A DNA stretch of 64,000 nt from Proteromonas lacertae (taxonomy: Eukaryota). Under the pieces are notes generated by a model that had not been told where the DNA came from, did not search any database, and saw nothing but the letters and a program-made list of their open reading frames with translations. Below are positions 52,505-63,085 of this stretch, piece after piece (the first letter of the stretch is position 1; each line of letters begins with the position of its first letter). Where the stretch lies: positions 124,001-188,000 of the forward strand of contig NGBS01000584.1 of assembly GCA_002245135.1 (NCBI GenBank), given 5' to 3'. The translations under genes were made by a program, and so were the position numbers.

Positions 52505-54556
52505 TTAGTTTATTTTCTTTCTTTTATTCTTTTTTTCGTATGAACATTCAATCCTCTTTGACATATAAATTGTTCTTTTTGTAGAGATATTATTTATATA
52601 GTTTAAAGTAGCATCATCTTGAATTATTTTATATCCTTCCTCAGAATTACTTATGAATAAATATATTGCTGTTATTATTATCTCTGATGCTTCTTTTTCA
52701 ATATTGCTATAATCTTTTGCTATGAATTTTTTAAATTCATTTTCTGCTATTTTATCATATATATAATTTATTAGTGATTGGTATATTTCTGTTATTGTAT
52801 CATCTTTAATACTTTGTAACATAGATGAAAAATATGATTTATGAATAGAAGCTTTTAATTTGACAAATTCTTCTTCATCAATGTTTATGTTTTCATAATT
52901 AATAATGTTATTATATACCTCTTTTTCATTTAAATTTTTTTCTATACTTTCTACTACTTCTGTTGGATAATGAATTTTACTGAAATAACAATCTGTAATT
53001 GGTATACTACTAAAAAAGTAACTTTTAAAACACTCGTTGCATATTAATTTATAAGTATCCACTTTTATATCAAATTTTACTTTAATATAAAGCATATGCG
53101 AACATGGTATTCCTGTTACCATTCTATATCCACAATTACAGCTAATTACATCATTATTACAACTTACAATATATTTATCATTCTCATTCTTCAAAATATA
53201 CTCGCTTTTTTCTTCATTATACCAACATTCATAAATTGAATCGCAAAGAATTGAACTTTGATAAATGAAATTTGCAGCACATTCATCCCACAGCATCGAG
53301 GATATTTCATCTAATTTATCGTTATTAACAGTAATGATTTCATTAATTATTTTATATTGTTTTTTGTAGATGTCTTCCAATACTGTCAATACTGCATCAT
53401 ATCTGGATCTACGATGTTTAAGTGAACTTTTAATATAATGATTTAATGCTTCAACCGCGCTAGTGCTATGGCACCCATATATACCCATTTCAGAAACACC
53501 ATCTTTTGTAAAATACGACTTATATTTATCACTTGTATTTTCTACAATTATTTCTCTTTGCAGTGGATTGGTTATATAATTATATAAAATACTTTTTAAT
53601 GCTTTATCTCGAATATATATTAGAAAGTGGAAGGTATCTATAACAAACTGGATATTTAATTCACGAAGGGCATATAAAACGGCAAGCTCTTTGTCATGTA
53701 TAACACTTACTATATTGCCGTTTGTATTAAGTTTTTGATATATAAAAAGATATGTGGATTTGTCTTTTTTTCTAGTTATTGCAAAAGCAACTAACAATAA
53801 CTTGTGTGGTGCTATTTGCATATACACTAGATACAGTTGCATATTATTCAAAATTACATTGAAAGTTCCATCACAAACCAAAGTCGAATATTTTTGCAAC
53901 CTTTCTTGGTCCATAATAACTAAAACTGTATCTTGATTTTTGTATACAGTATATTTTTGTTCAACATTAAAGAAAAATCTTCGCATCCCTTCTTCTTCAT
54001 TTCTTAATTCTTTTTTGAAATTAATAACTTTTGTTTTTATCTGCTTTTCTACATTATTAGTTATTCTATATCTATCCTTAACTGTTTTAATAATATTTGG
54101 CAATAATGATTTTGTGTTCTTAGCCATTGAAATTACTTCATTTTCAATATCATTAGTCAATTTATAAATTGTTCTTTTATCTATAATTCTATTCAACTTA
54201 TGATTGTGAGATTTAAATTCTACTATTATTTCGTTAGTATAATCAACCTTAACACAAAAATTACATCCTCCTTCATAATCACAGGAAAATGTTAATTCCT
54301 TCTTTGCATGACTTGAATAATGCACAACTGGTTTAAAACCTACTTGATACCCATAAAGATGAACGATAAAATAAACATCACCTTTCGTTTTGAACTTGGA
54401 TTTAAATATATCTTCGTGTATATCTGCAAACGTCTCAAAAGGTGGGTATATTTTGCACACCTTTGCCAGCTCTTTGCATCTGCCATCGACTATTGAGTGA
54501 CTGTCCTTACTAACAGGAATCACTACACATTCATTTACAATTTCAATTTTATTCAT
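52505..54556 (-). CDS. MULE DDE transposase with N-terminal Zn-finger DNA-binding domain and SWIM finger
   Basis: Intronless 683 aa. Motifs: FSCDYEGGC...HNH, LVCDGTF (D1), IHDKELA (D2), DTFH, STSAVEALNHYIK (E) and CNC...GIPCSH. Confidence 0.93.
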   Translation of the reverse strand: MNKIEIVNECVVIPVSKDSHSIVDGRCKELAKVCKIYPPFETFADIHEDIFKSKFKTKGDVYFIVHLYGYQVGFKPVVHYSSHAKKELTFSCDYEGGCNFCVKVDYTNEIIVEFKSHNHKLNRIIDKRTIYKLTNDIENEVISMAKNTKSLLPNIIKTVKDRYRITNNVEKQIKTKVINFKKELRNEEEGMRRFFFNVEQKYTVYKNQDTVLVIMDQERLQKYSTLVCDGTFNVILNNMQLYLVYMQIAPHKLLLVAFAITRKKDKSTYLFIYQKLNTNGNIVSVIHDKELAVLYALRELNIQFVIDTFHFLIYIRDKALKSILYNYITNPLQREIIVENTSDKYKSYFTKDGVSEMGIYGCHSTSAVEALNHYIKSSLKHRRSRYDAVLTVLEDIYKKQYKIINEIITVNNDKLDEISSMLWDECAANFIYQSSILCDSIYECWYNEEKSEYILKNENDKYIVSCNNDVISCNCGYRMVTGIPCSHMLYIKVKFDIKVDTYKLICNECFKSYFFSSIPITDCYFSKIHYPTEVVESIEKNLNEKEVYNNIINYENINIDEEEFVKLKASIHKSYFSSMLQSIKDDTITEIYQSLINYIYDKIAENEFKKFIAKDYSNIEKEASEIIITAIYLFISNSEEGYKIIQDDATLNYINNISTKRTIYMSKRIECSYEKKNKRKKIN

Positions 54557-54803
54557 ACTGGTACAATTAGTCTATATAATTAGATATACGTAAATAAAAA
54601 ATTACAGCTTTATTTCAAAAACAAACAAAAAACTAGTAGAAATGCAATTCTTAATCAACCAAAATTTCCCCCAAATACCCCTTTCATTTATTATTAAAAA
54701 AGAATTATTGAGGATAATCTATCAACACTATGTAGTATTCTATACAAAAAGAAAAATAAATATGTGTATAAATAGCATATCTAAGATCTGTCTAAAAGAA
54801 CAG

Positions 54804-57514
54804 ATTCACTATATTTTAATTCTAGCACCACTCTGTCTTTGTATATTAATCATAAAACCACATAATAATATTTCTAATTCATTTTTTGGACTTCTCTTTG
54901 AGATCACTTCTAATATGTAACATATTCACTATATTTTAATTCTAGCACCACTCTGTCTTTGTATATTAATCATAAAACCACATAATAATATTTCTAATTC
55001 ATTTTTTGGACTTCTCTTTGAGATCACTTCTAATATGTAACATATTCACTATATTTTAATTCTAGCACCACTCTGTCTTTGTATATTAATCATAAAACCA
55101 CATAATAATATTTCTAATTCATTTTTTGGACTTCTCTTTGAGATCACTTCTAATATGTAACATATTCACTATATTTTAATTCTAGCACCACTCTGTCTTT
55201 GTATATTAATCATAAAACCACATAATAATATTTCTAATTCATTTTTTGGACTTCTCTTTGAGATCACTTCTAATATGTAACATATTCACTATATTTTAAT
55301 TCTAGCACCACTCTGTCTTTGTATATTAATCATAAAACCACATAATAATATTTCTAATTCACTTTTTGGACTTCTCTTTGAGATCACTTCTAATATGTAA
55401 CATATTCACTATATTTTAATTCTAGCACCACTCTGTCTTTGTATATTAATCATAAAACCACATAATAATATTTCTAATTCATTTTTTGGACTTCTCTTTG
55501 AGATCACTTCTAATATGTAACATATTCACTATATTTTAATTCTAGCACCACTCTGTCTTTGTATATTAATCATAAAACCACATAATAATATTTCTAATTC
55601 ATTTTTTGGACTTCTCTTTGAGATCACTTCTAATATGTAACATATTCACTATATTTTAATTCTAGCACCACTCTGTCTTTGTATATTAATCATAAAACCA
55701 CATAATAATATTTCTAATTCACTTTTTGGACTTCTCTTTGAGATCACTTCTAATATGTAACATATTCACTATATTTTAATTCTAGCACCACTCTGTCTTT
55801 GTATATTAATCATAAAACCACATAATAATATTTCTAATTCATTTTTTGGACTTCTCTTTGAGATCACTTCTAATATGTAACATATTCACTATATTTTAAT
55901 TCTAGCACCACTCTGTCTTTGTATATTAATCATAAAACCACATAATAATATTTCTAATTCATTTTTTGGACTTCTCTTTGAGATCACTTCTAATATGTAA
56001 CATATTCACTATATTTTAATTCTAGCACCACTCTGTCTTTGTATATTAATCATAAAACCACATAATAATATTTCTAATTCACTTTTTGGACTTCTCTTTG
56101 AGATCACTTCTAATATGTAACATATTCACTATATTTTAATTCTAGCACCACTCTGTCTTTGTATATTAATCATAAAACCACATAATAATATTTCTAATTC
56201 ATTTTTTGGACTTCTCTTTGAGATCACTTCTAATATGTAACATATTCACTATATTTTAATTCTAGCACCACTCTGTCTTTGTATATTAATCATAAAACCA
56301 CATAATAATATTTCTAATTCACTTTTTGGACTTCTCTTTGAGATCACTTCTAATATGTAACATATTCACTATATTTTAATTCTAGCACCACTCTGTCTTT
56401 GTATATTAATCATAAAACCACATAATAATATTTCTAATTCACTTTTTGGACTTCTCTTTGAGATCACTTCTAATATGTAACATATTCACTATATTTTAAT
56501 TCTAGCACCACTCTGTCTTTGTATATTAATCATAAAACCACATAATAATATTTCTAATTCATTTTTTGGACTTCTCTTTGAGATCACTTCTAATATGTAA
56601 CATATTCACTATATTTTAATTCTAGCACCACTCTGTCTTTGTATATTAATCATAAAACCACATAATAATATTTCTAATTCATTTTTTGGACTTCTCTTTG
56701 AGATCACTTCTAATATGTAACATATTCACTATATTTTAATTCTAGCACCACTCTGTCTTTGTATATTAATCATAAAACCACATAATAATATTTCTAATTC
56801 ACTTTTTGGACTTCTCTTTGAGATCACTTCTAATATGTAACATATTCACTATATTTTAATTCTAGCACCACTCTGTCTTTGTATATTAATCATAAAACCA
56901 CATAATAATATTTCTAATTCATTTTTTGGACTTCTCTTTGAGATCACTTCTAATATGTAACATATTCACTATATTTTAATTCTAGCACCACTCTGTCTTT
57001 GTATATTAATCATAAAACCACATAATAATATTTCTAATTCATTTTTTGGACTTCTCTTTGAGATCACTTCTAATATGTAACATATTCACTATATTTTAAT
57101 TCTAGCACCACTCTGTCTTTGTATATTAATCATAAAACCACATAATAATATTTCTAATTCACTTTTTGGACTTCTCTTTGAGATCACTTCTAATATGTAA
57201 CATATTCACTATATTTTAATTCTAGCACCACTCTGTCTTTGTATATTAATCATAAAACCACATAATAATATTTCTAATTCATTTTTTGGACTTCTCTTTG
57301 AGATCACTTCTAATATGTAACATATTCACTATATTTTAATTCTAGCACCACTCTGTCTTTGTATATTAATCATAAAACCACATAATAATATTTCTAATTC
57401 ATTTTTTGGACTTCTCTTTGAGATCACTTCTAATATGTAACATATTCACTATATTTTAATTCTAGCACCACTCTGTCTTTGTATATTAATCATAAAACCA
57501 CATAATAATATTTC
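54804..57514 (-). repeat. 120-bp tandem array, ~22.6 units (right MULE arm, inverted)
   Basis: Reverse complement of the left array unit. Confidence 0.98.
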
Positions 57515-58522
57515 TTATTCATCTATTAAATAAGGAGCTTAAAAAATAAAAAATTTAAAATCATTCATACTTGAGGTTTGCTTTGTGAAAATGTTTTGTT
57601 TATTTTTTCATTAAATAAACATATTATTACGAAAATAATTGGAGGTCCTAAATGCAGATATTATGCACTTTTGTTTGGACATCAATTTTAAAACTAATGT
57701 CAAAATGAATTAATCATAAGTAAACGAAATTCACAGATAGTTTCAGAAACTCTTAATTACTTATCTATATCTTGAAGAAATTTAATATAAAGGCTGTAAC
57801 GCCACTAGAAATAGGGTGTTAAAAATTTGAACAGCCGTTCTAAAAAATTGTCCTCATATTTTTTTGACCTTTATCCCAACATACTGAAAACAATTATAAT
57901 TTAATTTTAGTTTTTTTGCTTCAATCACTACTAGAGTTAAAAATACATTAGTTTAAGCAATTAAATCACACATATTTAGATGCTAAGACACTTAAAAACG
58001 AAAAAATAAAAAATCTATTCAAGCCTCATTCAAGCCTGTTTTTTCAAAATAAATTTTAAGCAGGTAAATGCAATAAGTAGGTATTCCTTTTCTATTTAAA
58101 ACCTTTATCCCGATGTCTACTATTGTTATAAGCTTTTAAAATAATATAAAAATAAAAAGTGTTTCCAGTACAGGAACCTAAACACGACTGTACGATCTTA
58201 TGCCAACGTAACTATTCTGGAAAACAAAGTGTTGATTAGTAATATTGAAGGGCCAGAGGTTACGTTTATGATATTAGAATTGAAAAAAGTCTTCTTAACG
58301 CTCAACGGCGCATTTAGCTCAACGACGCACAACAAATGCGCTACCAATAATATAGCAGAATATGTAGGAATAATACTTGGAGTAAGAGAATGTATTAAAA
58401 TGGGATTTAAAAATGTGAAATACACTGGAATGAAAGAAAAGAAAACAAAGAAGCTGATGAACTAGTTAATAATGTAATCAATAAATTTAATTACAGCTTA
58501 TTTAAAAAAGAAATTAATAAAC

Positions 58523-59005
58523 AGGCTTGAGTGAGGCTTGAACTTATTTTTTTCTTTTTTCTGTTTTCTGTACTTTAACATAAAAAATAATGTATTCTAT
58601 TCATATCAGATAATGTATTTTAGACTGTAGTAGTGACTGATACATTAAAATAGAGAATGTAAAGAAATTTAATTTAATATTGATAATAATGAAGTTCTTA
58701 AAAAAGTATATCACAGATGTAGGTCATATGACAAACTAACTATATAGTTGTTAATAACTAACTCCGAACATCATGAATATCATATTAGTTTTGATTGAAT
58801 CATTCTGCAATATAGAATTCCGCCATACGGGGATTTCAGCCATGGGAACAACAAGTTATATCACCTACATCTGTGTTATATTATCTATTTAAATGTATCA
58901 GTCACTACTACAGACTAAAATGCATTAGCTGAGATGAATAGAATAAGAAATTGTGATTAAAAGACTCAAAAACGTAAAAAATAAATTCAAGCTTGTTTCA
59001 AGCCT
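58523..59005. mobile_element. Degenerate MITE / foldback element with ~150-200 bp imperfect inverted arms
   Basis: AGGCTTGA...TCAAGCCT ends. TATTCTATTCAT..TTTTAG(A/T)CTGTAGTAGTGACTGATACATT occurs in both arms in inverted orientation. No clear TSD. Confidence 0.65.
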
Positions 59006-59066
59006 ATCAAAAATATATTTGTAATGATGTGGTAAAAGAATAACCTTAATATTTATATATTCATTT

Positions 59067-61356
59067 TTATAAAATATTCCTTATTAATGAATTAATGTCT
59101 AATTCTACATTTCCTCTCTTTAGTAATTTAATTATTTTTTCTAATTCATGTTGGAATTGGTCTTTATGGGATTTCAGGTATTTAGAATCATCTTCAGTGA
59201 ATGGTGGATTGTCTTGGGGAAGTTTTGGAAATAATATCTATTAAATAAAATATCATCAACATACATGTTGTTTGTCATTACTCCAAAATGAATTAAATTC
59301 ATCTTGATTCATTTCACTAATTTCTTTCAATGTTTTACATCCTACATGACCACCACCTAAATAAAAGTATACACTATGAGATTGATATTCACTATGACAT
59401 GCTAAACTATTATATTCTTCACTAATACTACTAGTAGTTACTGTTACAATATTATGCTGAGATGTATTATTAGAGGAAGGTGAAAATAATGAAATTCCCA
59501 CACTTGAATTACTATTAGATTTTTCTAAATGAGGAGAAGAATTGATTTGTTGTGATAATTTCTGAATTATGTATTCTACTATATTCATTTTTATTCTTTT
59601 GTTTGGATTTTTCTCTAACATTCTTCTTATCAGATCCTCAATCTCAGGTATTCTTTTTATTTTTGTTCTTTCAAAATTAAAACAAATTGATTTTGTTATA
59701 CTCTCTTGAATTTCATTCTTATTTTTTCCTTCAAATGCTTTCTTCAATGTGTATATTTCGAATAATATACAACCTAACGCAAATATATCACTAGCTGTTG
59801 AGTATGGAGGAGGTTTTACATTCCATAATTCTGGAGCTATATAACTTGGACTACCAGCAAAATTATTGTCTATTATGTAACTCTCTAAAGCTAAACCAAA
59901 ATCACCAATTATTAGTTCATGTTCATCTCCTATGAAGATATTTGCAGATTTTAAATCTCTATGAATTAGATCTTTACTATGAATATATTTCAATCCATTT
60001 ATTAAATCTTCCATATAGCCAACAATTTCCTATTACATTTATATTCTATAAAAAAGATACTTTCAGTGAGAAATGTTTATTCTTTTTTTTCTTTTCTTTA
60101 ATTAATTTCCTTAAATCTCCATTCTCATAATATTTAGTATATATATAAACAGTATTATTATCTGTATCTACATAATACTCTTCAAACTCTACTATATTTG
60201 TGGAATTAAACTTCTTCAACAATTCTATTTCATGAATTGTATTATCTACATTTAATTCATTTTTACTTTCATATTTCACCTCTTTTCTAGCACATATTTC
60301 ACCATCGTGTTCAACTAAATATACTTCCCCAAATCCTCCTTTGCCTAATGACATTAATCTTGTGTCTCTAGATGGATTAATATAATCAATCTTTCTTTTG
60401 TATATTTCTGCATCATCTTCTAAACTACGATTATAAAAATCTTCTCCAAAACAACTATCCAACGAATATTGACGATGCAATTCTAGGTGTGATAATTTAG
60501 ACAACTGCTGAGATGATTGACGTTTTAATTGATGAGATAATGGTTGAATTGACTGTTTTGTTATTTTATCCATCATTTTTTCTATTTCGTTTATTTTTAT
60601 TCTTTTATTTGGATCTTTTTCTAACATTCTTCTTATTAATTCTTCGATTTGAGGAACTTGCACTCCATTTGCACTTTTAAGATTCAAACTACTACTCTTG
60701 TCTGTATATGATGAAGAATATGTATCAAATGTATATACTTCATAAAATACACAACCTAATGAAAAAATATCACTTTCTTCAGAATATGGAGGAGGTTTGA
60801 CTTTATTCAATTCAGGAGCTATATAATTTGGAAACACTGATAAATTATCTATACACAAACCACAATCACTAATCAGCAATTCATTTTTATATCCTATATA
60901 TACATTTCCAGGATTTAAATCTCGATGAATTATCCCTTTACTATGAAGATATTTCATACCATTTATTAGGTCTTTCATAAAATTAATTATCTTCTATAAG
61001 GCATATATTAATAAAAATATATACATCAATTGACAAATCTTCATTTTTATCAATTAATTTCCATATACTACCTTTCCCATAATATCTACTATAAACATAA
61101 ATAATATTCTTATCTGTATCAATGTAATAATCCACCAGTACAACTACATTTCTATGATTAATTGTTTTTAACAATTCTAATTCATGAATTACATCATTAA
61201 CTATGCTTTCATTCTTTGCATCATATCTTATTGCTTTTCTAATTAGAACTTTACCATTACGTAAAACTAAATAAATATCTTTATATCCTTCTTTCTCAAT
61301 TTCCTTAAGTATTTCATCTGTATCAGGGAGTAGAATTTCATCTTCTTCAATTGACA
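59067..61356 (-). CDS. Protein with two tandem NEK-like Ser/Thr kinase domains
   Basis: Domain 1 has HRDLNPGN and DCG but no Gly loop. Domain 2 has GKGGFGEV, HRDLKSAN, DFG and YIAPE. Three short introns. Confidence 0.85.
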
Positions 61357-61441
61357 TTACATGTAAAAATGGATTAAAAATGATTTTGGCTTGGTTAAGA
61401 TTTGTTAACAAACAAACCAGAATCAAACTTTTTAGAATTGG

Positions 61442-62859
61442 ATGATAAAACTATGCAAAGAAGATGATTCGATAAAAAGAAGATTGATATTTCAGATTCA
61501 TCGCAAATGTAAGAAAACAAAGGAATGTAAATTAGATGAGATGATGTTTAATTTAAGTAATAGTTATTATAATAAAGAAATAATAGAGATTGGATCATGG
61601 AATAGAATATTTCTTTAGAGTATTAAAACTCTTAAATCTATCAAAACTCAAATTTTGTATAGTTATAGTCTCTATCACTATCTAGTTGAAATTATTATAC
61701 CAATCCAATATCAATATATATTTGGATCATATCTTTCTCATTTATCTAATCTATTACAGTTAGATATTTCAGAGTGTGGTATTACTTCTACCTTTATTGA
61801 ATCATTTATCTTATCAATTCATTTAAAAGAATTGGAATTTGTAAATCTAAAATGTATAAATAATTCGATCATATATAATAATTGAAATAGTAAATCCAAT
61901 TGGTTTAAAAGGATTCAAATTGTTACTTCCATATTTGAAGTTGCCTATCAACAACAAAAATGAATTGAATCTGAGAAGAATGAATTTGGATGATGAATCG
62001 ATGATATTGTTATCACAAGAATTATATAAGTATCCTTGTGTTGAAAAAATTAATATTAGGCAGAACAGTGATATTAATTCAAGTGGATGGAAAGCCATAT
62101 TTTTAGTTTTTACAATTTCTAAAATCGAATTTGATTTTAATGGAAGTAAAGAATTACTGGTTGACAAAGATATTCCAGAATTCATCCAATACATCACAGA
62201 TAAATATAATAGATTAAACCTGAGTTATTTAAAAATTGATGATGTTTTTCTCAAATCATTTTTCTTGTTAAGAGTAAATGAGTTTAGTGAAATTACAAAG
62301 TTGGATTTGAGTAGTATAATTGAATGTTATTATATTATTATTATAGATAATAAATTGACATATAAAGGTATAGAAATATTGATAAACATTTTATCATCAT
62401 TAAGTCTTGAATATCTTGAATTATCTGGAAATGAAATAGGAAATGAAGGTATGAAAATTTTATCTCCTCATTTGCATTTATTGAAAGATAATAATATTGA
62501 AATGAATTGTTCAAGTATACCTGTAAATATAGTATAATGTGAAATAGATATGGGATTGTCTTGCAATGGATTAAAGTATATCATGAATTATGTTAAAGAA
62601 AATGATAATATTGAAAAGCTTTTCATTCACAGTATCTTTAATATTATATTATCAATTACATAGGTAATCCAATCGGCAATGATGGATTTAAATTATTATT
62701 ATATAAGTTAAATCTATTGATTAATGATTATCCAACATATGAAATGAATTTAGGTTACATTTATCCATTTATAGAAATGATTTGTTCATCATGGACTAAT
62801 GAAGAATTGGATTATTATTTGAATTATTGCATAATAAAGAAAGAAAGACACAATGAATG
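61442..62859 (+). CDS. RNI-like leucine-rich repeat protein
   Basis: LLQLDISECGIT, LNLRRMNLDD, LDLS.NKLT and LELSGNEIGNEGMKIL. Termini approximate. Confidence 0.7.
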
Positions 62860-62924
62860 ATATATTTATTCTTAAAAACAAATACCAAAAGAAAAAGAAA
62901 ATGGAATAATAATACTCCTTTTAC

Positions 62925-62988
62925 ATCAAACATCAGAACAATCACATCAAATAATTTGATTTATTGATTATTCTTCATCAATTTTGAT
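62925..62988 (-). promoter_or_regulatory. SECIS element (type II) in the SPS 3' UTR
   Basis: Minus strand reads ATCAAA.attg.ATGA.AGAATAATCA.at.AA.ATCAAA-tta-TTTGAT.g.TGATTGTTCT.GA.tg.TTTGAT. This gives a lower stem, AUGA/GA core, upper stem, unpaired AA and apical ministem. Confidence 0.85.
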
Positions 62989-63085
62989 TATATTACCTCT
63001 TATCTCGGGTTATAATTAGTAATATATGTAAAAATGAAATATTATTTATTTATTTTCTTTTCTTTTTCTTTTCTTTTCTATTAAC

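Larger units (their letters stand above)
49498..57855 (-). mobile_element. Autonomous Foldback-type Mutator-like element (MULE)
   Basis: GAGGAC...GTCCTC ends and a 9-bp TSD ATATTTTTT (49489-49497 / 57856-57864). Outer TIRs of ~340 bp are almost identical, followed by inverted 120-bp arrays around a central transposase. Confidence 0.95.
49351..58334. mobile_element. Non-autonomous TIR element with TGT...ACA ends, 60-bp TIRs and 5-bp TSD (~617 bp before the MULE insertion)
   Basis: 49351-49410 is the reverse complement of 58275-58334 with 2 mismatches. AATGC is duplicated at 49346-49350 and 58335-58339. Confidence 0.9.
49093..58465 (+). pseudogene. RNase HI-like ORF split by nested transposons (pieces 49093-49350 and 58340-58465)
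   Basis: Removing 49351-58339 restores the frame: LRTDGGARGNPGIAGSGAVI...KYIEC|ATNNIAEYVGIILGV...VKYTG. The third catalytic Asp (GDS) is missing. Confidence 0.85.

Noticed and set aside
54642..54920. 92-aa ORF as a second MULE gene
   Set aside because: It runs into the 120-bp repeat and has no recognisable motif.
49839..57514. CRISPR-like array or coding repeat
   Set aside because: The units are contiguous 120-mers with no unique spacers, the frames I read contain stops, and the arrays are explained as MULE TIR modules.
49351..58334. A single MULE with an anomalous 5-bp TSD
   Set aside because: The inner GAGGAC/GTCCTC ends have their own 9-bp TSD, so these are two nested elements.
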